Assembly (NCBI GenBank): GCA_044373535.1
Contig: JBILQA010000001.1
Span: 1-48,891, forward strand
Length of the DNA: 48,891 nt
DNA from: Akkermansiaceae bacterium
Lineage (GTDB): Bacteria; Verrucomicrobiota; Verrucomicrobiia; Verrucomicrobiales; Akkermansiaceae
Reading direction: 5' to 3'
The notes under the pieces are model-generated. The model searched no databases. It had not been told where the DNA came from and saw only the letters and a program-made list of their open reading frames with translations. Position numbers and translations under genes: made by a program. Of this stretch, positions 18,120 through 27,678 are shown piece by piece. Numbering within the stretch: the first letter of the stretch is position 1; each line of letters starts with the position of its first letter.

Positions 18120-19127
18120 ATGAAAAGCGCGCTTATTTCCGGGATCACCGGCCAAGACGGATCGTATCTAGCTGAGCTGCTGCTGGCCAAGGGCTACGCG
18201 GTGCACGGGCTGGTCCGGCGCGCGAGCCAGTTCAACCGCGGGCGGATTGAGCATTTGCGCGCAGACGGGCGCGCGCTGGAGCTCCATTATGCGGACCTGC
18301 ACGACCAGACGACGCTGCGGCGGGTTTTTACGCGGGTGCAGCCGGACGAATTCTACCACTTGGCGGGGCAGTCGCATGTGGGGTTGAGTTTTGAGATTCC
18401 GGAGTCGACGGTGGCGGAGACGGCGATAGCGACGCTGTCGTTGTTGGAGATTTGCCGGGATTTGGGGAAGGCGCCGCGTTTTTTCCATGCGGCGTCGTCG
18501 GAGATTTTCGGGGTGCCGGAGAATTTTCCGCAGGATGAGGAGACGGCGTTGCGGCCGGTGAATCCGTATGGCTGCGCGAAGGCATTTGCGGCGAACTTGT
18601 GCCGGGTGTACCGCGAGGCGCATGGGATGTATGTGGTCAATGGGATCATGTATAACCACGAGTCGCCACGGCGTGGTGAGAGCTTTGTGACGCGCAAGAT
18701 CGCGGCGGCGGCGGCAAGGATTGCGGGTGGATCGGCAGAGGTTTTAGAGCTGGGGAACCTGGATTCGGAGCGGGACTGGGGGTATGCGCCGGAGTATGTG
18801 GCGGGCATGTGGGCAGGCCTGCAACAGGAGCGTGCGGAGGATTATGTTTTCGCCACCGGGCAGCTGACGACGGTGCGGGAATTTGCCATCGCAGCCTTTG
18901 AGGCGGCAGGGATCACCTTGGAGTTTGCCGGCGCGGGGCTGGCGGAGACGGCGCGGGATGCGGCAAGCGGGCGGACGGTGCTGACGGTCAATCCAGGGTT
19001 TTTCCGGCGGATTGACAGCCACCGCTTGGTGGGCAATCCGGCGAAGGCCAAGGCGGTTCTCGGCTGGGAGGCAAGCGTCGCCGGCATGGAGGTGGCGCGT
19101 AAACTCACCCGCGCATTTATCGCCTGA
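18120..19127 (+). CDS. GDP-mannose 4,6-dehydratase paralogue (short form)
   Basis: [45 protein letters not shown], and [16 protein letters not shown]. 335 aa. Clearly paralogous to the gmd at 11625. Confidence 0.85.
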   Translation: MKSALISGITGQDGSYLAELLLAKGYAVHGLVRRASQFNRGRIEHLRADGRALELHYADLHDQTTLRRVFTRVQPDEFYHLAGQSHVGLSFEIPESTVAETAIATLSLLEICRDLGKAPRFFHAASSEIFGVPENFPQDEETALRPVNPYGCAKAFAANLCRVYREAHGMYVVNGIMYNHESPRRGESFVTRKIAAAAARIAGGSAEVLELGNLDSERDWGYAPEYVAGMWAGLQQERAEDYVFATGQLTTVREFAIAAFEAAGITLEFAGAGLAETARDAASGRTVLTVNPGFFRRIDSHRLVGNPAKAKAVLGWEASVAGMEVARKLTRAFIA

Positions 19128-19140
19128 GGGCGGAAAAGCT

Positions 19141-19914
19141 ATGAAAGCGGTCATACTAGCAGGCGGACTGGGAACGCGTTTGGCGGAGGAGACTTCGCTC
19201 AAGCCGAAGCCGATGGTGGAGATCGGCGGGCGGCCGATCCTGTGGCATATTCTCAAGATTTACAGCGCGCACGGGATTCAGGACTTTATCATTTGTGCGG
19301 GCTACAAGGGGTATTTGATCAAGGAATACTTCGCGAACTACTTCATGCACATGTCGGACGTGACCTTCGACATCCGCAACAACAGCATGGAGGTGCATCA
19401 GAAGAATGCCGAGCCGTGGCGGGTGACGGTGGTGGATACCGGTGAGGAGACGATGACCGGCGGCCGGCTCAAGCGGGTGGCCAGCTATTTGGATGACGGG
19501 CCATTTTGCTTCACGTATGGCGACGGTGTGGCCGACATCGATATCAGCGCGCTCGTTGCCCACCACCGGGCGCGAGGAAAGCTTGCCACGCTCACCGCGG
19601 TCCAGCCGCCGGGGCGCTACGGGGCGCTGGCCCTGAGCGACGAAGGACTGGTGGAGAATTTCCAGGAAAAGCCCGAGGGCGACGGCGCGTGGATCAACGG
19701 TGGGTTCTTCGTCTTAGAGCGTGAGGCGCTTGGGTACATCACCGGGGGGGACGAAATGACCTGGGAGCGCGAGCCGCTGCAGGCGCTCGCCGCCGCCAAG
19801 CAACTCGCCGCGTGGAAACACCGCGGGTTCTGGCGCCCGATGGACACCCTCAGGGACAAAATTGTCCTTGATGACGCATGGGCCGCGGGCAAGGCGCCGT
19901 GGAAAACCTGGTAG
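19141..19914 (+). CDS. rfbF: glucose-1-phosphate cytidylyltransferase
   Basis: Start [37 protein letters not shown]. Also [16 protein letters not shown] and [11 protein letters not shown]. Confidence 0.92.
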   Translation: MKAVILAGGLGTRLAEETSLKPKPMVEIGGRPILWHILKIYSAHGIQDFIICAGYKGYLIKEYFANYFMHMSDVTFDIRNNSMEVHQKNAEPWRVTVVDTGEETMTGGRLKRVASYLDDGPFCFTYGDGVADIDISALVAHHRARGKLATLTAVQPPGRYGALALSDEGLVENFQEKPEGDGAWINGGFFVLEREALGYITGGDEMTWEREPLQALAAAKQLAAWKHRGFWRPMDTLRDKIVLDDAWAAGKAPWKTW

Positions 19915-19918
19915 GCCG

Positions 19919-21016
19919 ATGGCGATGATAGAAACAGCATTCAAGCGCAAGCGGGTCTTGGTCACCGGGCATACGGGTTTCAAGGGCAGCTGGTTGTGCG
20001 AGTGGTTGGCGGTCCTCGGGGCGGACGTCCACGGCTACGCGCAGGACCCCGAGCCATGGCAGACGCTGTTCGGCGAGCTTGGGCTGGCGGACCGGCTGGC
20101 GTCCGACGAGCGGGGCGACTTGGCCGAGCGGGAGCGGCTTGAGCGGTTGATCAGCGAGTTGGAGCCGGATTTTGTGTTTCACCTCGCGGCGCAACCGCTG
20201 GTGAGGCGGTCGTATGAAAGGCCGGTTGAGACCTTTGCCACCAACGTGATGGGCAGCGTGCACGTGCTCGAGGCGCTGCGCCGCGCAGGATCGCGCTGCA
20301 TTGCCGTGATGGTCACCACGGACAAGTGCTATGAGAACCGCGAGTGGCTGCACGGCTATCGCGAGGAGGACCCGCTGGGTGGCCATGATCCATACAGCGC
20401 AAGCAAGGGGGCGGCGGAAATTGCCATTGCCTCGTACCGCGCGGCGTATTTTTCCGCGGTGGATTCGCCGGTGCTGGTGGCCAGTGCGCGAGCCGGGAAT
20501 GTCATCGGTGGTGGCGATTGGGCGCCGGACCGGATCGTGCCGGATTGTTTTCGCGCGCTGCAGCGCGGCGAGGCGGTGGCGGTGCGCAACCCCACGGCGA
20601 CCCGTCCATGGCAGCATGTGCTTGAGCCGCTGTGCGGTTACCTCACGCTTGCGGCGCGCCTCGCGGAGGTGCGCGATGCGCCACGGCGCGAGCTGCCGCC
20701 ATTGAGCGCCTTGACGGGAGCGTTCAATTTTGGCCCGGCGCTGGCGTCCAACCGCACGGTGGCGCAGCTGGTTGAGGAGATCCTCAAGCACACCGGCGGC
20801 GAATGGGTGAACGCTGCCGAGGCGGGGGCGCACCACGAGGCAGGAAAACTTAACCTGGCGACCGACAAGGCGTGGCACTTGCTCGGTTGGCAATCGGTGT
20901 GGGATTTTGCCACCACCGTCGAGGAACTGTGTGCCGGCTATCGCGCGGGTGAGGATGGCGCGGAGGTGACGCGCCGCCAGATCGCGGCCTACACTGCTGC
21001 GGCCAAGCGGAGCTAA
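19919..21016 (+). CDS. rfbG: CDP-glucose 4,6-dehydratase
   Basis: VLVTGHTGFKGSWLCEWL, TTDKCYEN, YSASKGAAE, ARAGNVIGGGDW, and RPWQHVLEPL. Confidence 0.9.
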   Translation: MAMIETAFKRKRVLVTGHTGFKGSWLCEWLAVLGADVHGYAQDPEPWQTLFGELGLADRLASDERGDLAERERLERLISELEPDFVFHLAAQPLVRRSYERPVETFATNVMGSVHVLEALRRAGSRCIAVMVTTDKCYENREWLHGYREEDPLGGHDPYSASKGAAEIAIASYRAAYFSAVDSPVLVASARAGNVIGGGDWAPDRIVPDCFRALQRGEAVAVRNPTATRPWQHVLEPLCGYLTLAARLAEVRDAPRRELPPLSALTGAFNFGPALASNRTVAQLVEEILKHTGGEWVNAAEAGAHHEAGKLNLATDKAWHLLGWQSVWDFATTVEELCAGYRAGEDGAEVTRRQIAAYTAAAKRS

Positions 21017-21020
21017 GGGT

Positions 21021-21575
21021 ATGGAATTAATTTCGACTGATCTTCCCGGTTTGATGATCTGTGAGCCGCGGGTGTTTACGGATGCGCGCGGAGAATTCGT
21101 GAAAACCTTCCATGAGCCGACATTTCGCGAGCGTGGTTGTGAGTTTGAGCAAAAGGAGGCGATGTATTCACTTTCCAAGCGCGGGGTGGTGCGTGGAATG
21201 CATTTCCAATCGCCGCCGGCAGAGCACGCGAAGCTTGTTTATTGTCTGGCAGGAAGCATCACGGACGTGGTGGTGGACATCCGCCGGGGATCGCCAACGT
21301 ACGGGAAATTCCACGCGGAGTTGCTGAGCGCTGAGAACCACCGCGGGCTGTTCATTCCTGTGGGATTCGCCCACGGATTCATCGCGATGGAGGATCACTC
21401 ATTGGTTTCCTATGGCTCGTCCTGTGCCTACGCGCCGGAGAACGATCTGGGGATCCGCTGGGACAGCATCGGCTACGCTTGGCCGCTGGTCGGCGCGGCG
21501 CCGGAGGTGAGCGCGCGGGACGGGGAGCATCCGCGGCTGGCGGACTTTGCCAGCCCGTTTGAGTTCGGCGGCTAG
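21021..21575 (+). CDS. sugar-nucleotide 3,5-epimerase, RmlC-like cupin
   Basis: DARGEFVKTF, VRGMHFQSPP, KLVYCLAGSITDVVVDIRRGSPTYG, and PVGFAHGF. Confidence 0.85.
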   Translation: MELISTDLPGLMICEPRVFTDARGEFVKTFHEPTFRERGCEFEQKEAMYSLSKRGVVRGMHFQSPPAEHAKLVYCLAGSITDVVVDIRRGSPTYGKFHAELLSAENHRGLFIPVGFAHGFIAMEDHSLVSYGSSCAYAPENDLGIRWDSIGYAWPLVGAAPEVSARDGEHPRLADFASPFEFGG

Positions 21576-21581
21576 ACGATC

Positions 21582-22430
21582 ATGCATCTCTTCATCACAG
21601 GGGCATCGGGATTCATTGGATCCCACTGCGTCAATCAGGCACTGCAGGCTGGCCATCAGGTGACAGCCTTGCGCCGCAACGCGCAGTCATCGCCGCGCAT
21701 TCCTTTGCGCGACGGCGCCGTCTGGCTTGAGCGGCCGCTCGATGAGCTCACGGCGGAAGATTTCCGCGGCATCGATGCGGTGATCCATTTGGCGGCGCAC
21801 ACGCCGAATGTCCCGTACGACACGCTGGAGAACTGCCTGTATTGGAATCTCACCGCCTCGCTGGCGATGGCCCGCGCGGCGGCCCGCGCCGGGGTGGGCC
21901 AGTTTGTCATCGCGGGAAGTTGCTTTGAATACGGGACGAGCGGCGAGCGCTACGAGTTCATTCCCGCCGACGCGGCGCTTGAGCCGACCGGCGCCTATCC
22001 CGCATCCAAGGCGGCGGCGTGGATCGCCCTGCGCCAGTTCACCGCCGAGGCTGGAGTGAGCGCGTCCTACCACCGGATTTTCCAGGTTTTCGGGGAGGGC
22101 GAGGCGGCGGGCCGGTTGTGGCCATCGCTGCGCGCGGCAGCGGTGAGAGGGGAGGACTTCCCTCTCACGGCGGGCGAGCAGATCCGAGATTTCATTCCGG
22201 TGGAGGAGGTTGCTGCGGCGCTCCTAGCCGCGGCACAAAACCCGCCCGCACCGGGGACTCTGGTGACAAGCAACCTCGGCACCGGCATCCCGCTATCCTT
22301 GAAGGAATTTGCCCAGTCATGTTGGCGCTCATGGGGTGCCACCGGAAACCTGTTGCTTGGCGCGGTGCCTTACCGCGCCGGCGAGGTGATGCGCTACGTC
22401 CCGAGACTTTCCATGCCCAATTCAGATTGA
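21582..22430 (+). CDS. NAD(P)-dependent sugar-nucleotide reductase/epimerase (extended SDR)
   Basis: MHLFITGASGFIGSH Rossmann motif and YPASKAAAW catalytic YxxxK. Positioned after the 4,6-dehydratase and the epimerase. Confidence 0.8.
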   Translation: MHLFITGASGFIGSHCVNQALQAGHQVTALRRNAQSSPRIPLRDGAVWLERPLDELTAEDFRGIDAVIHLAAHTPNVPYDTLENCLYWNLTASLAMARAAARAGVGQFVIAGSCFEYGTSGERYEFIPADAALEPTGAYPASKAAAWIALRQFTAEAGVSASYHRIFQVFGEGEAAGRLWPSLRAAAVRGEDFPLTAGEQIRDFIPVEEVAAALLAAAQNPPAPGTLVTSNLGTGIPLSLKEFAQSCWRSWGATGNLLLGAVPYRAGEVMRYVPRLSMPNSD

Positions 22431-22431
22431 A

Positions 22432-23202
22432 ATGAAAATCACCATTGATACCGAAAACCGGACCTTGGAAACCGAAGTCGACGGCAAGACCGAGGCGATC
22501 GCGCTCTATTCGAAGCGCGCGTTTGAGATTGTCTCCGACGCTTGGCTGAAACTTGGCTGGGACCAAAAGTACATTTACACGTTTTCCTGGATGGGGCGTC
22601 CCATCATCCAGCTGCCCGAGGACCTCGTCCGGATGCAGGAGGTCATTTACCAAGTGAAGCCGACGCTCATCATCGAGACCGGCGTGGCGCATGGTGGGTC
22701 CTTGGTCTTTTACGCCTCGCTGCTTAAGGGCATGGGCAGTGCCGGCCGGGTCATCGGCATCGACATTGAAATCCGCCCGCACAACCGCAGCGCCATCGAA
22801 GCCCACGAACTTTTTCCGGCCATCACGTTGATTGAAGGCAGCTCGGTGGCGCCTGAACTCGTCGCCGAAGTTCGCCGCCACGTGACGCCTGATGACCGGG
22901 TGCTGGTGATCCTCGACAGCAACCACACCAAGGCCCACGTCGCCGCGGAGCTCGAGGCCTACCACTCGCTGGTTTCACCCGGCTCGTACATCGTGGCCAC
23001 AGACGGCAGCATGGAGGTGCTCCATGATGTACCGCGCGGAACCCCCGGCTGGATCATGGACAACCCGGCGGCAGCCGCCCGCGACTTTGCCGCCGCACAT
23101 CCGGAGTTTGTCATCGAGCAACCCGCTTGGCCATTCAACGAGAGCGAGCTCAGTGCCAACATCACTCACTGGCCGGACGCCTGGCTTAAACGCCGCGGCT
23201 AG
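22432..23202 (+). CDS. CmcI / cephalosporin-hydroxylase-family SAM-dependent methyltransferase (sugar O-methyltransferase type)
   Basis: YTFSWMGRPIIQLPEDLVRMQEVIYQVKPTLIIETGVAHGGSLVFYA and VILDSNHTKAHV are characteristic of the CmcI family. Confidence 0.75.
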   Translation: MKITIDTENRTLETEVDGKTEAIALYSKRAFEIVSDAWLKLGWDQKYIYTFSWMGRPIIQLPEDLVRMQEVIYQVKPTLIIETGVAHGGSLVFYASLLKGMGSAGRVIGIDIEIRPHNRSAIEAHELFPAITLIEGSSVAPELVAEVRRHVTPDDRVLVILDSNHTKAHVAAELEAYHSLVSPGSYIVATDGSMEVLHDVPRGTPGWIMDNPAAAARDFAAAHPEFVIEQPAWPFNESELSANITHWPDAWLKRRG

Positions 23203-23210
23203 AGGGCGCT

Positions 23211-24788
23211 TTGGTTCATTATCCAATCAAGATGTCCGCCGTCACCGGAAAGAACGCCATTGCCAACGTGCTCGGCAATTTCGCCGGGCCCCTAGTGGGC
23301 CTGGTGATGACTCCGTTCTATCTCCGTATCATTGGACTTGAGGGACTCGGCCTTATCGGCCTGATGGCCATTGTCACCACCACGCTGCAAGTCTTTGTTT
23401 CCGGCGCCAGTAAGTCCTACCAGCGCGATGTTTCCCTAGTGCATTCAAGCGCGCCGGAGAATCTAACAGGATTGACGCGCGGCGCCCTGATGGCCTTCGC
23501 CAGCCTGGGATTGTTTCTCGCGCTGCTTGTTTGGGTGGGAGGCCACAGCCAGTTGGAGAGTTTGGTGGCAAAAACCAATTTTGCGCCGGAGATTTTGGCG
23601 CGAACCCTCGGTTTCATCGCCGTTCTTCTGGCGCTGGGGATATTCAACGGAGCGCTCAACGCGACCCTACTGGCCCTGCGCGATCAAGTGTGGCCAACGG
23701 TTTTTGGGGTGGCCACCATGGTAACGACCGCGGCGGTGAACTGGATGGTGTTGTCGCGCATTCCGCGAGTGGATCTTTTCTATTTGGTTCATTTTGGCGG
23801 AGCGCTCGGGTTGTGTGTGTGCCTATGTCTGCGAGCGCGGATGATTCTGGCGCGCCGGTCGGAGGGCGTTAAATCGCTGTCGATACGGGAGGCGTGGCGC
23901 GACCGCCTTGCGCAAAGCGGCCGGCTGTCGCTGGTCCTCATCATTCACGAGGGGCTTGGAACCTTGATCACGCAAATCGATCGGATGCTTGTAACCAGCC
24001 GCCTCCCACTGCTGGCGCTGGGCACTTACAATCTGGGCGCCAATCCGGCGCGTATGACGTCGATTTTCACCAACGCGATCAATTGGGTAAGCTTTCCGGA
24101 ATTCTGTCGCCTCACGAGGGACGAGCGTGGAAGGCGAGTAACGGGTGAGTATTTGGGGCGAGTGACTTTTCTCATGGTCCTGCTGTTTGGCGCGGGCATG
24201 ATCGTGCTGGTTCCTGCTGCCGGGGCGCTGCTGGATCTGTGGTTGGGGCATGCGAATGTGCCGAGCGGCGCGGCGAGTTGCTTGGTCCTGCTGGCGGCGG
24301 GCAATTTTCTTCTGGCGATCGCCGGACCGGCGTACAATTTGACGGTGGCGTTTGGTCGAGTGAGCTATGGCATCACGAAAAACGTGATTGCCTTGGTCGT
24401 ATTACCCCCACTTGGCTACGTGCTGATCGAGCGTTGGGGTCTTGCTGGCGCAGCGATGGTGCCGGTTTGTTACGCCTGCCTGTGCATCGGAGTGTGCGCC
24501 ACGGTGGCCTATTCGCGCCATGCCGAGCTCGGCGCCGCCTCGCGCTGGTTAATTGCCTCGGGCACGTGTCTGGTGGTCGCCGGAATAGTGGCGTGGGCGC
24601 TGGAATCGTTGCCTGTGAGGGGAGTCAATTTGATCGTGCTGGCCTCAGGCAGCGCGCTGGCATTCGTAGCGATGTTTCTCCTCGGGTGCTTTGGCCGGAA
24701 CCCGCGAAAATGGTTTTTGGTTCTCGAGCTCGCTGAGCAAAGCGAGCACGGAGAGAATGCCGAGGCGTTTGCCGGATCGGCGCGCTGA
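23211..24788 (+). CDS. Wzx-like oligosaccharide flippase (MOP superfamily polysaccharide biosynthesis protein)
   Basis: 525 aa, polytopic (about 12-14 hydrophobic segments). N-terminus NAIANVLGNFAGPLVGLVMTPFYLRIIG is typical of Wzx. TTG start; the ATG at 23232 is an alternative. Confidence 0.75.
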   Translation: MVHYPIKMSAVTGKNAIANVLGNFAGPLVGLVMTPFYLRIIGLEGLGLIGLMAIVTTTLQVFVSGASKSYQRDVSLVHSSAPENLTGLTRGALMAFASLGLFLALLVWVGGHSQLESLVAKTNFAPEILARTLGFIAVLLALGIFNGALNATLLALRDQVWPTVFGVATMVTTAAVNWMVLSRIPRVDLFYLVHFGGALGLCVCLCLRARMILARRSEGVKSLSIREAWRDRLAQSGRLSLVLIIHEGLGTLITQIDRMLVTSRLPLLALGTYNLGANPARMTSIFTNAINWVSFPEFCRLTRDERGRRVTGEYLGRVTFLMVLLFGAGMIVLVPAAGALLDLWLGHANVPSGAASCLVLLAAGNFLLAIAGPAYNLTVAFGRVSYGITKNVIALVVLPPLGYVLIERWGLAGAAMVPVCYACLCIGVCATVAYSRHAELGAASRWLIASGTCLVVAGIVAWALESLPVRGVNLIVLASGSALAFVAMFLLGCFGRNPRKWFLVLELAEQSEHGENAEAFAGSAR

Positions 24789-24820
24789 GAGCGCTGGCGC
24801 CCACCTTGTCCCGCAGTGAA

Positions 24821-26362
24821 ATGAAGCTTTCTGTCGTGATTCCAACCCGTGAGCGGGCCGGCTTGCTGAGGCACTGCCTGGAGACGTGCGTGGCAGAAGA
24901 TTACGCGGATGCGGAATTTCTCGTCAGTGACAATGCCAGCACGGATGAGACGCGGGCAATCGTGGCACAATTTCAGCGCCGGGATTCACGCGTGCGCTAT
25001 GTGAACCCTGGGAAGCGTTTGGGAATGTCCGAGCATTGGCAGTTCGCGATTCCGCAGGCGACGGGCGACTACATCATGGTGATAGGCGACGATGATGGCC
25101 TTCTTCCCGGGGGCCTCGGGAGAGCTGCGCAGATGGCCGCCGCCTTTCCAACCGCGGAAGCGCTCCACTGGCCACTGCACATTTTCTACTACCCGGGGCT
25201 GCCCGACGCTGCGCTGCGCGGCCGCTGGAATGCCTGTGGCGGATCATGGATGCAGCTGCGCGCCAGCGGTGACCTTTTCGCTGGCTTCCTTGCGGGGGAA
25301 ATCGCCTACGCTGAGCTACCGGGAATCTATTACGGATTTGTGCGGCGTGACGCGTGCGAGGCAGCGATGCGCTGCGGGATCAACGGGCTGGCGCCGGATG
25401 TATTCATCGCCACGTTTTTGGCGGCGACGACGGCAAGCATTGTGTTTGCTCCGCGGCCAGTGGCGATGGCGGGGGTTTCCTCAGCCAGCAATGGCTTCAC
25501 CACCTTGCATCCGCGTGGGGACAAGAGTCGGGCGGGGCTGCTCCGAGAGGAAAGCGCGATTAGCGCCATCCAGCCGATCGCCGAACTGTCGATGCCCGTG
25601 GACGCTTCCATCGGCCTGCTGCAGATCGATGCCTTGGTGAAACTGCGCGCGCAAGGGTTCATCGCACACGACACAGCGATCCCATGGGCGGCCCACGTCG
25701 CGAACGTTACCAATGAGATGAGGAGCAAGGTGGCGCCCGCTGCCATGATCCAGCTCGGCGCCGAACTCGATGGCTTGCTGACCAAACTCGAAGCACTTGA
25801 GACCGTCAGGCCGGCCCAGAATGCCCACCCCGCAAGCGCGTGCTGGCAGCAGGCGAAGTTTCTCACTGGAAGAGCTCCCCAAGAGGTCAGCGACATCAAG
25901 ATGGGCACCGAGCTCGTTGGCCGCAAGCTGGCTGACCTTGGACTGAAGAGGGATGCTTGGCTTGAGCGCTTTGCTGTGAATTTAGAACGCAGGTTTCTGC
26001 ACGGCCGGCATGAACGATTGGCCCTCGAGGTTGCCTTGGCGTTGCGGATTTTTGGTTGTGGGCTCATCTACCTCTGTGCGGCCGACGAGGATGAATCCGG
26101 CCTGCGCTTTGTGAAGCTCCCGCAGCCGGCGCGCGGGCGCTTCCAGCAGGCGCTGCGCTGCGCGCTGGGATATTATTTTGTGCGGATAATCGAGGATCAT
26201 TCAGCGTCGGCGCTTCTTGATCGGCTTTGTCGAGTGGCGGCACCGGCGGATGAGGACCTCCGTGCTCGGCTGGAGTTTTTGATGCGGCGGCAGCGCCCTT
26301 GGTGGTCGCATCGCGTGCTCTGGCGCAAGGCGGTGGGTTTTGCCACCCGGATGATTCCCTAA
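24821..26362 (+). CDS. GT2 glycosyltransferase with a roughly 400-aa unassigned C-terminal region
   Basis: KLSVVIPTRERAGLLRHCLETC...FLVSDNASTDET...VIGDDDGLLPG is a GT-A/GT2 N-terminal domain with a DxD-like DDD. The remainder shows no motif I recognise. Confidence 0.75.
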   Translation: MKLSVVIPTRERAGLLRHCLETCVAEDYADAEFLVSDNASTDETRAIVAQFQRRDSRVRYVNPGKRLGMSEHWQFAIPQATGDYIMVIGDDDGLLPGGLGRAAQMAAAFPTAEALHWPLHIFYYPGLPDAALRGRWNACGGSWMQLRASGDLFAGFLAGEIAYAELPGIYYGFVRRDACEAAMRCGINGLAPDVFIATFLAATTASIVFAPRPVAMAGVSSASNGFTTLHPRGDKSRAGLLREESAISAIQPIAELSMPVDASIGLLQIDALVKLRAQGFIAHDTAIPWAAHVANVTNEMRSKVAPAAMIQLGAELDGLLTKLEALETVRPAQNAHPASACWQQAKFLTGRAPQEVSDIKMGTELVGRKLADLGLKRDAWLERFAVNLERRFLHGRHERLALEVALALRIFGCGLIYLCAADEDESGLRFVKLPQPARGRFQQALRCALGYYFVRIIEDHSASALLDRLCRVAAPADEDLRARLEFLMRRQRPWWSHRVLWRKAVGFATRMIP

Positions 26363-26378
26363 CATAGGCAGGCACCTG

Positions 26379-27674
26379 ATGGTTGGAACGCGAGACAAAC
26401 TAGCGGAACCCGCATTGCCGCGGGTGCTGATGAACCTCTTCCCACTGGGCGCGGGTTCGCGCACGGGGATTTTCCGGGTTGCCGATGAGGTCGCCAGGGG
26501 GCTGGCGCAGCGCATGGGCGCGGGGATCGGATTTCATGCTCTGGGCGCGAACTTTGGATCGAAAGTCTACTTCGACGGTCACTTGGCAGCCAGCGGAGCG
26601 CGCTGGATGAGCTCGTGGGTGGCGACGTTGCTGCTGCCGGTGTTTGGGGCGCTGGAGTCGCGGGTTGGAGACACGCGTGGCAAGGGGTTGCACCTCAAGG
26701 TGCTGAATCGCTTGGCCCGAGTTTTGCTGAGGCCCTTGGAGCGCCTTGTGCGGACGCTGCCAAGTGCGGCGCTGGAGGATTTCAATGTTTACCATTCACC
26801 CTTTGCACGGATCCCGGAACAGATCCGCGCCCGCGGAGGGTTGGTGTGCTTTACGACCATCTACGATCTCATTCCGCTGAGTCACCCGGAGTTCTTCACG
26901 CCGGGGACGATCCAGACGGTGCGGGCAATCATCGACGGTCTCGGGCCGGATGATTACGCCCTGTGCATTTCGGCGGCAACCCGCAGCGCCTTGCTGGAAC
27001 ATTCACAGTGCCGACCCGAGCGGGCGCTGGTGATTCCCTTGGCCGCCTCGGGAAACTTCTTTCCCGCGCGGGAGGCGGCGGGAAACGCGGCGGTGCTGGC
27101 GCGCTACGGCATTAGGCGAGCGGGCTACGTGTTGTCGCTGTGCACCTTTGAGATCCGCAAGAACCTCGAGACCTTGATTGCGGCCTATGTGGCAGCGCGT
27201 CAAAGCGGGGGTATCCGCGCGGAGATCCAGTTGGTTTTGGTAGGGGGACGGGGCTGGAAATCCGAGCGGGTTGAGGAGGCCTTGGCGGGTGCGGGAGAAT
27301 TCCGCGCGGATATTATTTTGCCGGGCTTCGTGGCGGATGAGGATTTGGCGGTCATTTACTCGAGTGCGCGGGTGTTTGCCTACATGTCGGTAATGGAAGG
27401 GTTTGGGCTGCCGCCCTTGGAGGCGATGCAGTGCGGCACGCCGGTGGTCACATCGAATTGCTCAGCGCTTCCCGAGGTGGTTGGCGATGCAGGCGTGATG
27501 CTTGACCCGCATGATGTTGCGGGCCTCGCGGAGGTCCTTGCGCGGCTTTTCAACGAGGACGACTTCCACCGCGAGTTGGCGGAGAAATCTCTCGAACGTG
27601 CAAAGGTGTTCAGCTGGCAACGGCACATTGACGAGACGCTCAGCGCTTATGAGTCCGCACTGCGGCAAGGGTGA
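26379..27674 (+). CDS. GT4-family glycosyltransferase
   Basis: C-terminal EGFGLPPLEAMQCGTPVVTSNCSALPEVVGDAG is the GT-B/GT4 E-x7-E region. Alternative start at 26430. Confidence 0.85.
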   Translation: MVGTRDKLAEPALPRVLMNLFPLGAGSRTGIFRVADEVARGLAQRMGAGIGFHALGANFGSKVYFDGHLAASGARWMSSWVATLLLPVFGALESRVGDTRGKGLHLKVLNRLARVLLRPLERLVRTLPSAALEDFNVYHSPFARIPEQIRARGGLVCFTTIYDLIPLSHPEFFTPGTIQTVRAIIDGLGPDDYALCISAATRSALLEHSQCRPERALVIPLAASGNFFPAREAAGNAAVLARYGIRRAGYVLSLCTFEIRKNLETLIAAYVAARQSGGIRAEIQLVLVGGRGWKSERVEEALAGAGEFRADIILPGFVADEDLAVIYSSARVFAYMSVMEGFGLPPLEAMQCGTPVVTSNCSALPEVVGDAGVMLDPHDVAGLAEVLARLFNEDDFHRELAEKSLERAKVFSWQRHIDETLSAYESALRQG

Positions 27675-27678
27675 TTTT

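Noticed and set aside
19850-21178. 442-aa minus-strand ORF
   Set aside because: It is entirely antisense to the well-supported rfbG and rmlC-like genes. Its Arg/Pro/Gly/Ala-biased composition is typical of shadow ORFs in high-GC DNA.
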